From positions 35,568-99,567 of the forward strand of contig JBFMGO010000006.1 of NCBI GenBank assembly GCA_040752695.1: a stretch of DNA of 64,000 nucleotides, written 5' to 3'. The notes under the pieces were generated by a model that worked only from the letters and a program-made list of their open reading frames with translations, did no database searches and was not told the origin of the DNA. Position 1 is the first letter of the stretch; every line of letters begins with the position of its first letter. This DNA is from a bacterium. GTDB lineage: Bacteria > SZUA-182 > DTGQ01. A program made the translations under genes and the position numbers. This document shows, piece after piece, positions 50,331 through 62,579 of this stretch.

Positions 50331-52496
50331 ATGGGATTCAGGCATATGAGCTTGCGGGTAAAATTGCTGACCATAGGTTTGCTTTTATCGGCTTTTCCCC
50401 TGATGATGGTACTGGCGATTGTACTGCATCAAAACCGGCTGATGATTAAAGCCTCATCTGAAGAATGTTTAACCCTGGCGCTTTCAGGTCTTGACCCGGT
50501 CGTACGCGGCGTTTACGCCATGTGTGCAAGTCAGGAGGGTATCTCACAGCAGGTAGTGAATTCTTCCCTTACTATGGCGCGCCGGGTTTTAAACAATACG
50601 GGCCAGGTCAGCTTCTCGCCTGATGAGACCTGTTCCTGGAACGCGATTAATCAATATACCAAAGAAGCACTGCCTATCGAACTGCCGAAAATGATGGTGG
50701 GCGATATCTGGCTCGGTCAGAACAAGGATATCAATACTCCTTCGGCCGTAGTGGATGAAGTCAGGATGATGTCAGAGGTTACCTCTACCATCTTTCAGCG
50801 GATGGACAGGGATGGAAACATGCTTCGCGTGTGCACCAACGTCCAGAAATTAGATGGGACCAGGGCCATAGGAACTTACATTCCAGCCATCAATCCGGAT
50901 GGAAAGCAGAATCCGGTCATTGCCGCCGTTTTAGACGGCAAAACCTATCGGGGCAGAGCGTACGTAGTCAATGCCTGGTATATTACCGCTTATGAGCCCA
51001 TCTTTGATTCATCCCGGCATGTCATCGGTGTCCTTTACGTAGGAGTTCCTGAAGAAAGTATTACTGCCGGATTAAAAGAGGAAATCAAGAAGCTGAAATT
51101 CGGTAAGACAGGTTCTGTATATGTCCTTGACTCGAAAGGGAATTCGGTTGTTTCCCACGATGGCCGCAGCGATGGAGACGGCAAGGATGCCAGCGGAGTG
51201 CAAGATGGTGCGGCCAATCGGAACCTGCAACAGATCTGCTCCAGTGTACTGGCCCTTCAGCCGGGAAGCATAAGCGAGCAGCGGTATTCCTGGAGAAGTT
51301 CCGGAGATCGGGTGGAACATATGAAAATCGCCAAGGTTGTATTTTTTCAGCCCTGGGATTGGGTCATCTTTGCCGAAGCGAGTGAGGATGAGATTTTGGA
51401 ATCGCAGAAAAAAGTGATGGCTATTGGCCGTCAGGGTGAGATGTGGCTGATCCTCACCGTTGTTCTTACCGTATTGGTTACTATCCTGATTTGGATTTTT
51501 ACGGCTCATGGGATAGTGGGTAAGCTCGTCTACGTGGTGCAGCAGTTGACTCACACTGTCTCCCAGGCATTCCAGACTTCCTGCCAGGTTGCTGAGTCAA
51601 GCCTGGACATGGCCCATGGCGCAAGTGATCAGGCCGCCAGCCTGGAAGAAATCTCCAGCGGTCTTGAGGAGATGTCCTCAATGACGAAGCAAAATGCAGA
51701 TTCTGTCAGGCGGGCTACTGTTATGTCAAATTCTGCTCGCGATGCCACACAGAAAAGCATGGAGGCCATGGCGAGAATGTCCACGGCCATTTTAAAAATC
51801 AAGGATTCATCGGATGAGACCTCCAAGATCATTAAGACCATAGATGAAATTGCCTTTCAGACAAATCTTTTGGCTCTTAATGCCGCGGTTGAGGCTGCTC
51901 ATGCCGGTGATCTTGGCAGGGGCTTTGCGGTTGTGGCTGAAGAGGTGCGGAACCTGGCGCAGCGAAGTGCCGAAGCAGCTAAAAATACCGCCATACTTAT
52001 TGATGAGTCACGGGAAAACACCCAAAACGGGGTTATTGCATCCAGGGAGGTGGAAGAGATTCTCGGGCAAATCGGCGATGCAATTCAACAGGTTACGCAA
52101 CTCATTACTGAAGTCTCGACAGCCAGTGATGCACAGGCCAAGGGCGTTGAACAGATTAATGGTGCCATGATCCAGATAGACCAGGTAATGCAAAAGAACA
52201 TTACCAATGCCGATCAATCCGCTTCAGCGAGCGAGAAACTGTCTGCTCAGGCCGGCAGGCTTACCGATGCTGTCAATGTCTTGAGGAACATGGTGAGAGG
52301 GAATGGGAATAGTTCCGGCGAGGTGGGCATCAGGGGACTGGTCGCGGCATATTCGATTGACAATACAAAAGAGGGTAGTGGCTTACAGAGTCAGGCCCAT
52401 ACATTGACACATCAAAGCATGGGCAAGCTAAAAGATCGAAATAACCTCCCCCTTGTCAGCTACTCATTCGGCAAGAAAAAAGATGATTCCCGGTAA
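50331..52496 (+). CDS. MCP with Cache_3/Cache_2-type periplasmic domain
   Basis: TIFQR...RVCTNV...GTRAIGTYIP, YRGRAYVVNAWYITAYEPI, PWDWVI; MCP signalling domain; start after AAGGAGG. Confidence 0.92.
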   Translation: MGFRHMSLRVKLLTIGLLLSAFPLMMVLAIVLHQNRLMIKASSEECLTLALSGLDPVVRGVYAMCASQEGISQQVVNSSLTMARRVLNNTGQVSFSPDETCSWNAINQYTKEALPIELPKMMVGDIWLGQNKDINTPSAVVDEVRMMSEVTSTIFQRMDRDGNMLRVCTNVQKLDGTRAIGTYIPAINPDGKQNPVIAAVLDGKTYRGRAYVVNAWYITAYEPIFDSSRHVIGVLYVGVPEESITAGLKEEIKKLKFGKTGSVYVLDSKGNSVVSHDGRSDGDGKDASGVQDGAANRNLQQICSSVLALQPGSISEQRYSWRSSGDRVEHMKIAKVVFFQPWDWVIFAEASEDEILESQKKVMAIGRQGEMWLILTVVLTVLVTILIWIFTAHGIVGKLVYVVQQLTHTVSQAFQTSCQVAESSLDMAHGASDQAASLEEISSGLEEMSSMTKQNADSVRRATVMSNSARDATQKSMEAMARMSTAILKIKDSSDETSKIIKTIDEIAFQTNLLALNAAVEAAHAGDLGRGFAVVAEEVRNLAQRSAEAAKNTAILIDESRENTQNGVIASREVEEILGQIGDAIQQVTQLITEVSTASDAQAKGVEQINGAMIQIDQVMQKNITNADQSASASEKLSAQAGRLTDAVNVLRNMVRGNGNSSGEVGIRGLVAAYSIDNTKEGSGLQSQAHTLTHQSMGKLKDRNNLPLVSYSFGKKKDDSR

Positions 52497-52664
52497 CTGG
52501 CTCACATCGAACAGTGACCGGCAACTGGCTCACATCGATTACTGAATTGAAAGGAACCGGATTCCTCTTCTCACGATAAACGGACTCCCCCTTTGCTCTT
52601 GGGGAGGCGGGGGGAAAAGTGCAAACTTAATCAGAATCCCCCAAGATGAGGAAAGGAGGAGATC

Positions 52665-53042
52665 GTGTCAATGATCAGCGGTGGGACTCAGGAAAGCAGT
52701 TGTCTCAGCTTAGAAGGGGAGGTTACCATCAATGAAGCGGCCCGACTCAAGGAGACTCTGCTTGGGCTTCTTTCTACTCAGGAACCCGTAACTATTAATC
52801 TGGAAGGGATTACCAGGATTGATACTTCAGGACTCCAGCTTTTGTATGCAGCTCACCAGACTGCTATCCACCAGGGTAAAAATTTTTCGCTGGTAAACCC
52901 GTCACTTTCATTCATGCAGGCAGCCAAACTGGCAGGGCTTTTCTTTCAATCGCCTGAGGGGTACCTGGAAGGGTGCCTCTGGCAGGGAGCCCCAAGTGAT
53001 CCTCGCAGCCCTGGAGGGGCGGCAGATGGAGGCGAAAAGTAA
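52665..53042 (+). CDS. STAS-domain protein of the che cluster
   Basis: LEGEVTI, IDTSGLQLL. Confidence 0.85.
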   Translation: MSMISGGTQESSCLSLEGEVTINEAARLKETLLGLLSTQEPVTINLEGITRIDTSGLQLLYAAHQTAIHQGKNFSLVNPSLSFMQAAKLAGLFFQSPEGYLEGCLWQGAPSDPRSPGGAADGGEK

Positions 53043-53422
53043 TGTCGAAAACTATTATGACCGTGGATGACTCCTCCAGTGTACGGCAGATGGTGCGGTT
53101 TACCCTCAATGAGGAGGGATATCAGGTTATCGAAGCGGCCAATGGCCAGGATGCTCTCGATAAAATGGGTCCGGTGAGCGCTGCTGGCGGTCGCGTAGAT
53201 ATGGTGATCACGGACCTTAACATGCCCGTTATGAATGGAATTGAATTGATACGGGAGATCCGTAAGAGGTCGGATTCCCGGTTCATCCCTGTCATTATGC
53301 TCACTACCGAATCTCAGAATGAAAAGAAGATGGAGGGGAAGGCAGCAGGAGCAACCGGCTGGATTGTAAAACCATTTCGTCCGGATCAACTGCTTGCGGT
53401 AGTCAAAAAAGTACTGCCATGA
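53042..53422 (+). CDS. cheY: Chemotaxis response regulator CheY
   Basis: TVDDSSSVR, ITDLNMP, MLTTES, AGATGWIVKPF. Confidence 0.95.
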   Translation: MSKTIMTVDDSSSVRQMVRFTLNEEGYQVIEAANGQDALDKMGPVSAAGGRVDMVITDLNMPVMNGIELIREIRKRSDSRFIPVIMLTTESQNEKKMEGKAAGATGWIVKPFRPDQLLAVVKKVLP

Positions 53423-53438
53423 GGAGAGGGATAAAGGA

Positions 53439-55787
53439 ATGTCAGCTATGGATAGAGAAGATAAGTATGCAGAGGCATTTCGTGAGGAAGCAGCGGAACT
53501 GCTCTCCGATTTGGAAGAGGTAATTCTTTCGCTGGAAAATAATCCGAAAGACCAGGAACTTATCAACCGCCTTTTCCGGGTCATGCATACCATAAAAGGT
53601 TCTGGCGCCATGTTTGGCTTTCAGAAAATAGCGGATTTTGCTCATCACCTGGAAACCATGCTGGACCTGGTCCGGACCGGCACCCTTTCCATAACCGCAG
53701 AACTCAGCGACCTCCTCCTTCGATCGAGGGACCAGATTCAGATTATGCTGTGCGCCCAAGAGAGCGAATCAGAAGAGAGTGCGGACGAGGTGAACCGGAT
53801 TCTGGCCGGACTCAAGAAACTGCAAGATCAGTTGTCACCTGCAAAGCCTTTTGATCATGCAAAGCCTGGTGATCGTGGAAAATCCACTGGTTCAGCAAAG
53901 CCAGTCGATTCAGCAAAGTCTGGTGATTCAGTAAAGTCTGGTGATTCTGCAAGATCTGGTGAAGGTTCTCTTCTTGAGTTGTTGTCTCAAGAGAAGAACC
54001 AGGAACAGGAGCAGTGCTTTCCCAAAGAGCAACGCGCTCCTTTCGAGCAGTGTAATGACCAGCAGCAGCGTACTCCTTCTTCTTTGCAGCAGGCTACTTA
54101 CCGGCTTCGGATCAAATTAAACCAGAAGGTCATGGCCTCGGGACTCGATCCCTTATGTTTACTTAAGGATTTGCGATCTATAGGCGAATGTGCCATATCC
54201 GCGCAGACAGATCAGGTCCCCTGGCTTGATGAGATGGACCCGGAGGCATGCTACTTCTATTGGGATGCCATCATAAGCACCAGTGCCAGCCGGGAGGAAA
54301 TAGAGGGGATTTTTCTCTTCGTACAGGATGAAAGCCAGATCTCCATTACAAAACTAAGCGACGAATGTGCAGATGAAGAAGAACAAAAAAAAATAGGAGA
54401 GATTCTGGTTGAGCGGGGCGATATCACAAAGGAGCAAGTCCGCAAGATTCTATCCAGACAGAAGCGAGCCGGAGAACTGATGGTCGAGGCGGGCATTGTC
54501 AGCCGGGGCAAAGTTGAATCCGCCCTGATCGAGCAGAAGATGGTCCGGCAACTGCGAGACAATCAACTGGGCAACGATACGATCCGGGTTTCCACGAAAA
54601 AGCTGGACCGGCTGATTAATCTGGTGGGGGAGATGGTCATCACCCAGGCCCAGCTCAGTCAGACTTCGGCGCACTATCAGGACACGGATATTTTGGCACC
54701 GGTTGAGAACATAGAGCGGCTGACCAATGAACTGCGCGATTGTGCTCTCAACATCCGGATGCTCCCTATCGAAACTACATTCGGCAAGTTCCGCAGACTG
54801 GTGCACGATCTTTCGGCCAGTCTGGGAAAGGAGGCTGAACTCGTAACCGAAGGAGGAGAAACGGAACTGGACAAGACCGTGATCGAGCGCATGCACGACC
54901 CTTTGGTCCACCTGATCCGAAACAGCATCGACCACGGCCTCGAGTCCCCCGATGGCAGGAAAAAAGCGGGCAAGCCTGCCTGCGGTACCATTCGCCTGTC
55001 AGCTGGCCAGTCTGGTGGGGAGGTGATTATCAGTATCCAGGATGATGGTGCGGGCCTTTGCAGGGAAAGGATTTTGGCCAAGGGGATCGAGCAGGGCCTG
55101 GTCAGTGAATCGGACAATCTGACCGATTCCCAGATTTTCAATCTGATCTTCATGCCCGGATTTTCTACGGCCAGCAAGGTTACCGACGTTTCAGGCCGGG
55201 GAGTAGGTATGGATGTGGTCAGGCGGGAGATTAGCAAACTGCGGGGGTCAGTGGACATAAAGAGTCAACAGGGGAAGGGAACAACTACGTCCATTCACCT
55301 CCCTTTGACGCTGGCTATTATTGAGGGGCTTTTGGTGGCTGTCGAATCAAGCCATTATGTCATTCCCCTCACCTTCGTTCAGGAGTGCGTGGAGCTCACC
55401 TCTCGTGAGGTAATCAATGCTCATGGCCGGCATGTCATTAATCTGCGGGGAGAGCTTATACCCTACATCCGGCTGCGGGAAATCTTTTCTCTTGACGACG
55501 ACAGTTCAATGACCGCTGCCCCGGCAGCCTCGGGCAAAGGGACGCGGCCTTCAATCGAATATGTGGTTGTGGCTATGGTCGAAGGAAAAAGGATCGGGCT
55601 GGTGACCGATACCATTATCGGAGATTATCAGGCAGTGATCAAGTCGCTGGGCAAGGTCTATGAACATACCGAGGGGCTTTCCGGTGCCACGATTCTGGGA
55701 GATGGGACTATAGCCCTTATTGTGGATGTCCGGCAGTTGATCGAGTGCGCTCACCGTCAGGAGAAAGAAATGCTGGTCTGTGCGTGA
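53439..55787 (+). CDS. cheA: Chemotaxis histidine kinase CheA
   Basis: Hpt FRVMHTIKG, LDRLINLVGE, HLIRNSIDHG, GFSTA..SGRGVGMDVV, LPLTLAII, CheW-like P5. Confidence 0.97.
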   Translation: MSAMDREDKYAEAFREEAAELLSDLEEVILSLENNPKDQELINRLFRVMHTIKGSGAMFGFQKIADFAHHLETMLDLVRTGTLSITAELSDLLLRSRDQIQIMLCAQESESEESADEVNRILAGLKKLQDQLSPAKPFDHAKPGDRGKSTGSAKPVDSAKSGDSVKSGDSARSGEGSLLELLSQEKNQEQEQCFPKEQRAPFEQCNDQQQRTPSSLQQATYRLRIKLNQKVMASGLDPLCLLKDLRSIGECAISAQTDQVPWLDEMDPEACYFYWDAIISTSASREEIEGIFLFVQDESQISITKLSDECADEEEQKKIGEILVERGDITKEQVRKILSRQKRAGELMVEAGIVSRGKVESALIEQKMVRQLRDNQLGNDTIRVSTKKLDRLINLVGEMVITQAQLSQTSAHYQDTDILAPVENIERLTNELRDCALNIRMLPIETTFGKFRRLVHDLSASLGKEAELVTEGGETELDKTVIERMHDPLVHLIRNSIDHGLESPDGRKKAGKPACGTIRLSAGQSGGEVIISIQDDGAGLCRERILAKGIEQGLVSESDNLTDSQIFNLIFMPGFSTASKVTDVSGRGVGMDVVRREISKLRGSVDIKSQQGKGTTTSIHLPLTLAIIEGLLVAVESSHYVIPLTFVQECVELTSREVINAHGRHVINLRGELIPYIRLREIFSLDDDSSMTAAPAASGKGTRPSIEYVVVAMVEGKRIGLVTDTIIGDYQAVIKSLGKVYEHTEGLSGATILGDGTIALIVDVRQLIECAHRQEKEMLVCA

Positions 55788-55942
55788 GAGGGCAGATGCG
55801 AAAAAAAATATCAGGCAGAATATTGGAATACCAGAATATCAGGACGCCTGATGGTAATCATGCACATAGTAAGCAATATGCACGTGGGAAAAGATAGGTT
55901 TTTCACCAGACAAGGGTGAGAGAGAAACCGGGGGGGAGAAAA

Positions 55943-58900
55943 ATGCAGATAAAAATAGGTCATAAGCTTGGTATCGGTTTTGCTATTCCTTTGCTGTGCC
56001 TGGTTATTGTTGGTGTGTGGGTTTATTTGGCTAATCTTGGCTCGGAAGGAAAAGCCATCCATACCAGGGACGAGGTTGTAGCTTTTCAGACTGCTGCTCA
56101 GGAGATGAAATCGGACGTTATCCAGGTCCAGCAGTGGCTTACCGATATTTCAGCCACCCGGGGCCTGGATGGACTGGACGACGGATTCAAAAAGGCTGAA
56201 GAGCATGCCCAATCTTTTCTGGCCGGATTGAAAACATTCAGGGAGATGTATACCAAAGAAGGTAATCACGAAGGACTCGATACCCTTCAGAAGTTGAATA
56301 CCCACTTTGATTCGTACTACACCAGCGGCAAAAAAATGGCCAAAGCCTATGTCGATGAAGGTCCTGCCAAGGGAAATCATCTGATGGAAGAGTTCGACAA
56401 TGCAGCCAGCGCGCTGTGGGGTTCCCTCAATCTCCTGGTAGATGAACATACGCAGGAATTGCATGACAATATGAATGGAATAGTCAAATCGATCGAGCAT
56501 GTAAACTGGCTGATTTTTATCATTGGATGCATTGCCCTGGTGATCACAGTCCTGGCCAGTGTGACTATATCCCGCGGCATTACCCGGCCGGTTAATCACC
56601 TGCGGGAGATAGCCGAGCAACTGGCCAAGGGCAACACTGCCGTTTCCATTCATGTGGATAACCAGGATGAGACAGGTGAATTGGCTGAATCATTGAGAAA
56701 AATGGTGAATCAGCAGACTGGTCTTTTGAAAGAAATCGATTTGTTATCCACGGCAGCGGTTGAGGGAAGACTCGATACCCGTGGTAATGCAGCAAAGTTC
56801 GGTGGCGATTATGGCAAGGTTATTCAGGGCATAAACAATACCCTGGATGCAGTGATCGGGCCATTGAATGTGGCTGCCGAGTACATTGCCAGAATCAGCC
56901 AGGGGGAAATACCGGAGGAGATCACGGAGGAGTATAAGGGTGACTTCAACGAGATCAAGAATAATCTCAATGTCATGATTGACCGGGTCGGCGCCCAGAT
57001 CATGAATCTTACCAACATCCCTACTCCGATCATGACCATAGACAAGGACTTTGGTATCACCTATATGAATACTGCCGGTGCTAAACTGGTGGGGATGACT
57101 GCCAAACAGTGCGAGGGGAAAAAATGTTATGATCTGTTCAAGACTCCCCACTGCCATACGGCCGAGTGCCGTTGCCTTCAGGCCATGCAGCAGAACGTGG
57201 TGGTTACCGGCGAAACCATTGCCCATCCAAGGGGATTGAATATTCCCATCCAATACACCGGCGCTCCAGTCAAGGACAGGAATGGCAATATCGTCGGTGC
57301 CCTGGAATACGTGACAGACATGACGGCCATTAAAGAGGCTATGGAAGATGCCAAAGAGAAGGTCAATTATCTCAACAACATTCCTACTCCGGTCATGGTA
57401 GTGGACAAGGAAATGAAGATCCGGTTTATGAATCCTGCAGGTGCGGCAGCCGTAGGCAGGACACCTCAGGCATGTCTTGGGCTCAAATGTAATACCCTCT
57501 TCAATACGCGCCATTGCAATACCGCCAACTGTCAGGTGGAAAAAGCCATGCGGGAGGGCAGCGTTTCCACCGGCAACACTATAGCCAAGCTCCCTTCCGG
57601 AGAGCTTCCGATCCGCTACACCGGGTCTCCGATCAAGGATGCTGAAGGAAATGTTATCGGAGGTCTGGAATATGTAGTCGATATCTCGGAAGAGCACAAG
57701 GCAGTGGCTGAAGTGGAGCACCTGGTTGAGGCTGCTGTTGCCGGTAAACTCGACGCACGAGGCAATCCGGATAACTACACGATCGTCGGCTTCAGGAATG
57801 TCATCAAGGGAATCAATGACACCCTGGAGGCGATTACCGGACCCCTCAAGGTAGCGGCAGAGTATGTGGCCAGAATCAGCAAGGGTGATTCGCCGGATCA
57901 GATCACGGAAAAGTGGAAAGGGGACTTTAACGAGCTGAAAGATAATCTGAATATGCTTATTCAGTCCATGGATGAGATTACCCGGCTTGCACAGGAGATC
58001 GCGTCCGGGAACCTTACGGTGGAGATCAGGGAGCGCTCCGGCCGTGACAATCTGATGAAGGCACTGTCGAGCATGGTGAGCAAACTTATTGAAGTGGTGG
58101 CCAATGTTCAGACGGCCGCAGACCAGGTCGCATCAGGAAGCCAGGCCATGAGCTCCGCCTCAGCCCAAATGTCGCAAGGGGCGAGTGAGCAGGCTGCTTC
58201 TGCCGAACAGGTATCGGCGGCCATGGAGGAGATGGTCGCCAATATCAAGCAGAATGCTGAAAATGCCCAGCAAACCGAAAAAATTGCCTTGAAATCCGCC
58301 AACGATGCCAAAGGAGGCGGCAAGGCTGTAACAGATACCGTCGCTGCCATGAAGGAGATAGCCACCAAGATTTCCATTATCGAGGAAATAGCGCGTCAGA
58401 CAAACCTTCTGGCCCTGAATGCGGCTATCGAGGCGGCACGGGCCGGAGAGTACGGTAAAGGATTTGCCGTCGTGGCCTCTGAAGTTCGCAAACTGGCCGA
58501 GCGCAGTCAGGTGGCGGCGGGAGATATCGGCCAGTTATCCACCAGCAGTGTGGATATAGCTGAAAAGGCAGGTAAGATGCTGGCAACGCTTGTACCGGAT
58601 ATTCAGAAAACTGCCGAGCTGGTGCAGGAAATCAGCGCTGCCAGCAATGAACAAAACAGCGGTGCTGAGCAGATTAACAAGGCAATCCAGCAACTGGAGC
58701 AGGTAATTCAGCAGAACGCGGCATCATCTGAGGAAACGGCCTCGACAACTGAAGAAATAGCCTCGCAGGCCGAACAACTGCAAGGCACCATTGCTTTTTT
58801 CAAGACTGACCGGCGGATGACTGTCGAAACAACCAGAGTCAGGCATCATATGCCCTTGAGCCCTGTTCAAAAGAAATATCCGGCTCATTCACCGATCGGT

Positions 58901-59041
58901 AAAAATACCACTGGAGCAGCCTCGGCAGAGAGGTTGAAATCATCAGGCATTCAGACAGGTCATTCCCTTCATTCGGACGGGAACGGCCATAATGGCCATG
59001 GAGGAGCAGATCCACAGGATAGGGAGTTCGAGTTGATATAG
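55943..59041 (+). CDS. Large MCP: periplasmic helical domain, multiple HAMPs, two PAS domains, signalling domain
   Basis: Two TMs, HAMP, two NIPTP.M..DK PAS repeats, [21 protein letters not shown]-terminal EFELI pentapeptide-like tether. Confidence 0.93.
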   Translation: MQIKIGHKLGIGFAIPLLCLVIVGVWVYLANLGSEGKAIHTRDEVVAFQTAAQEMKSDVIQVQQWLTDISATRGLDGLDDGFKKAEEHAQSFLAGLKTFREMYTKEGNHEGLDTLQKLNTHFDSYYTSGKKMAKAYVDEGPAKGNHLMEEFDNAASALWGSLNLLVDEHTQELHDNMNGIVKSIEHVNWLIFIIGCIALVITVLASVTISRGITRPVNHLREIAEQLAKGNTAVSIHVDNQDETGELAESLRKMVNQQTGLLKEIDLLSTAAVEGRLDTRGNAAKFGGDYGKVIQGINNTLDAVIGPLNVAAEYIARISQGEIPEEITEEYKGDFNEIKNNLNVMIDRVGAQIMNLTNIPTPIMTIDKDFGITYMNTAGAKLVGMTAKQCEGKKCYDLFKTPHCHTAECRCLQAMQQNVVVTGETIAHPRGLNIPIQYTGAPVKDRNGNIVGALEYVTDMTAIKEAMEDAKEKVNYLNNIPTPVMVVDKEMKIRFMNPAGAAAVGRTPQACLGLKCNTLFNTRHCNTANCQVEKAMREGSVSTGNTIAKLPSGELPIRYTGSPIKDAEGNVIGGLEYVVDISEEHKAVAEVEHLVEAAVAGKLDARGNPDNYTIVGFRNVIKGINDTLEAITGPLKVAAEYVARISKGDSPDQITEKWKGDFNELKDNLNMLIQSMDEITRLAQEIASGNLTVEIRERSGRDNLMKALSSMVSKLIEVVANVQTAADQVASGSQAMSSASAQMSQGASEQAASAEQVSAAMEEMVANIKQNAENAQQTEKIALKSANDAKGGGKAVTDTVAAMKEIATKISIIEEIARQTNLLALNAAIEAARAGEYGKGFAVVASEVRKLAERSQVAAGDIGQLSTSSVDIAEKAGKMLATLVPDIQKTAELVQEISAASNEQNSGAEQINKAIQQLEQVIQQNAASSEETASTTEEIASQAEQLQGTIAFFKTDRRMTVETTRVRHHMPLSPVQKKYPAHSPIGKNTTGAASAERLKSSGIQTGHSLHSDGNGHNGHGGADPQDREFELI

Positions 59042-59131
59042 CTGGTTGGATGCCAGCGGCTGGATGCCGGGTGGAGCAGGATAAAGTGGGGCAGGATACT
59101 ATCGATCGCAGGAGAAGAGGAGGAAAAGGCG

Positions 59132-59662
59132 ATGAGTGAAGGAGCTGTATCTTTGTCCAATCAGTATCTTACCTTTGTATTGGGAGATGAGTTATTCGCG
59201 GCTGAAATTTCCAAGGTTCGGGAGGTCCTGGACTATCCGGCCATTACCAGGGTGCCGTGTATGCCCGATTACCTTCGTGGAGTCATCAATCTGCGTGACA
59301 ACGTGGTCCCTGTCGTTGACATGCGGCTCAAATTTGGCATGTCTTCCACCGAGCGGACCGTGGATACCTGTGTGGTTATTGTTGAAACCGATCTGGATGG
59401 AGGACAGGTTACCATAGGTTGTCTGGCCGATTCGGTGAAAGAGGTTTTGGACCTTCCACAGAATCAAATTGAACCTCCCCTAAAGACTGGCACTGGTCTT
59501 AACACTGAATTTCTGAAAGGAATGGGTAAGCAGGGAGACAAGTTTTTGCTTATTCTCGATATCGATAAGGTACTCTCGGAGAAAGAGCTGCATCTGATAC
59601 AGAGTGGTACAAGCAATACGGCTGTCGATGAGACAACCCAAAAGGATGAGGTGCCTCAATAG
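59132..59662 (+). CDS. cheW: Chemotaxis adaptor CheW
   Basis: QYLTFVL, KVREVL, GVINLR...VPVVD. Confidence 0.95.
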   Translation: MSEGAVSLSNQYLTFVLGDELFAAEISKVREVLDYPAITRVPCMPDYLRGVINLRDNVVPVVDMRLKFGMSSTERTVDTCVVIVETDLDGGQVTIGCLADSVKEVLDLPQNQIEPPLKTGTGLNTEFLKGMGKQGDKFLLILDIDKVLSEKELHLIQSGTSNTAVDETTQKDEVPQ

Positions 59663-59664
59663 AC

Positions 59665-60531
59665 ATGATCGGAGAGGAAAACCCCACAATTACACCGAAA
59701 GACATGTCTGACCGGCTTTACCAGAAATTCAGTCAGCTAATTCATTCTGAGTGTGGCATCAAGCTTCCTCCGATAAAAAAGGTAATGCTCCAGTCAAGGC
59801 TCTTGAAAAGGCTGAAGGCTCTCGATATTTCATCTTTCGAGCAATATTACGACTACCTGACCAGCGGCCTGGGCAAAAGTGACGAGTTGGCTCATGCTCT
59901 CGATGTAGTCAGTACTAACAAGACCGATTTTTTCCGGGAGCCCTTCCATTTTGACTATCTTCATTCCGTGGCTATCCCTGAAATCATCCATTCTCTGTGG
60001 AACAAACCGCGAAGGAAGATTCACCTCTGGAGCGCCGGCTGCTCTTCGGGTGAGGAACCCTACACGCTGGCTATGGTCTTAAGCGACTTTTTGGAAAAAT
60101 ATCCTGAATTTGATTATGATATTTTGAGTACCGATATTTCCCAAAGGGTGCTTTCTCAAGCTCAGCAAGCCATCTACAGCGACAGCATCGTCGCACCGGT
60201 TCCTCACCGCCTGAAAGCGAAATACCTGATGAGGGGCAAGGGAACCCAAAAGGGGAATTGGCGTGTGGTTCCGCAACTGCGGAGCCGAATCCTGATTCGG
60301 CGGCTCAATCTTATGGATGGGCACTTCAACCTGCCAACCCTGATGGACATTATCTTTTGCAGGAATGTAATTATTTACTTCGACAGGCCGACTCAAGTCT
60401 GCCTGTTTCAAAAAATGTATAACTGCCTGGTCCCTGGAGGGTATCTGTTCATTGGCCATTCCGAAACCCTCTATGGAATCAATGATCAGTTTCAGTACAT
60501 AGAGGCAACGATTTATAGAAAGCCGTGGTGA
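59665..60531 (+). CDS. cheR: Chemotaxis methyltransferase CheR
   Basis: TNKTDFFRE, WSAGCSSGEEPYTLAM, DIIFCRNVIIYFD, GHSE. Confidence 0.96.
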   Translation: MIGEENPTITPKDMSDRLYQKFSQLIHSECGIKLPPIKKVMLQSRLLKRLKALDISSFEQYYDYLTSGLGKSDELAHALDVVSTNKTDFFREPFHFDYLHSVAIPEIIHSLWNKPRRKIHLWSAGCSSGEEPYTLAMVLSDFLEKYPEFDYDILSTDISQRVLSQAQQAIYSDSIVAPVPHRLKAKYLMRGKGTQKGNWRVVPQLRSRILIRRLNLMDGHFNLPTLMDIIFCRNVIIYFDRPTQVCLFQKMYNCLVPGGYLFIGHSETLYGINDQFQYIEATIYRKPW

Positions 60532-60625
60532 CGACATAGGGCTATGATGACGATACAGAGCTATGATGACGACACAGAGCCATGATAAAAAAACAGAAAA
60601 GCCATATCGAAGATAGAAGGACATA

Positions 60626-62198
<1,573 letters not shown>

Positions 62199-62289
62199 TT
62201 GGATGCCCAATTCTCAGTTGAAAGCCTATCTTGCAGTAGTCTCCACCTGATCAAAGGACAGTCCCCCTGTCAAAGGACAGTCCCTTGTC

Positions 62290-62520
62290 CCCCGATCCCC
62301 CTTTTCCAAAGGCACCCACTACCCCCCCTCAGTAGAGGGGGCGGGGGGAGATTTTCAACCTCCCGGCAATCACCCTCCCCTTACAAAAAGGCATCTGCAA
62401 GACACCTGTGCCCTCTCCTCCTTAAGGACAGGCAGCGGGAGTTGCCCGACCAGTTTGCCGTGCTCTGAAATCCCCTCACCTTAAGCCCTCTCCCCAAAAA
62501 AGAGGCGAGGGGGCTTAAAG
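62290..62520. repeat. Cluster of C-run/G-run hairpin repeats
   Basis: CCCCCC..AGGGGG..GGGGGGAGATTT and CCCTCACCTTAAGCCCTCTCCCC..GAGGCGAGGGG; relatives at about 6350, 11690, 11975, 19165, 27745, 29565, 34550 and 52585. Confidence 0.7.
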
Positions 62521-62579
62521 GGCCGCGTATTTAACGCACTGTGTATTGAGTACCTACCCGCATCTTGTTACGATCTTAC

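Noticed and set aside
56744..57721. Long antisense ORFs (e.g. 56744-57721, 47671-48447, 35877-36677, 26390-27064)
   Set aside because: They are shadow frames opposite well-supported genes.
62199..62468. 89-aa ORF after cheB
   Set aside because: It is composed of hairpin repeat sequence.
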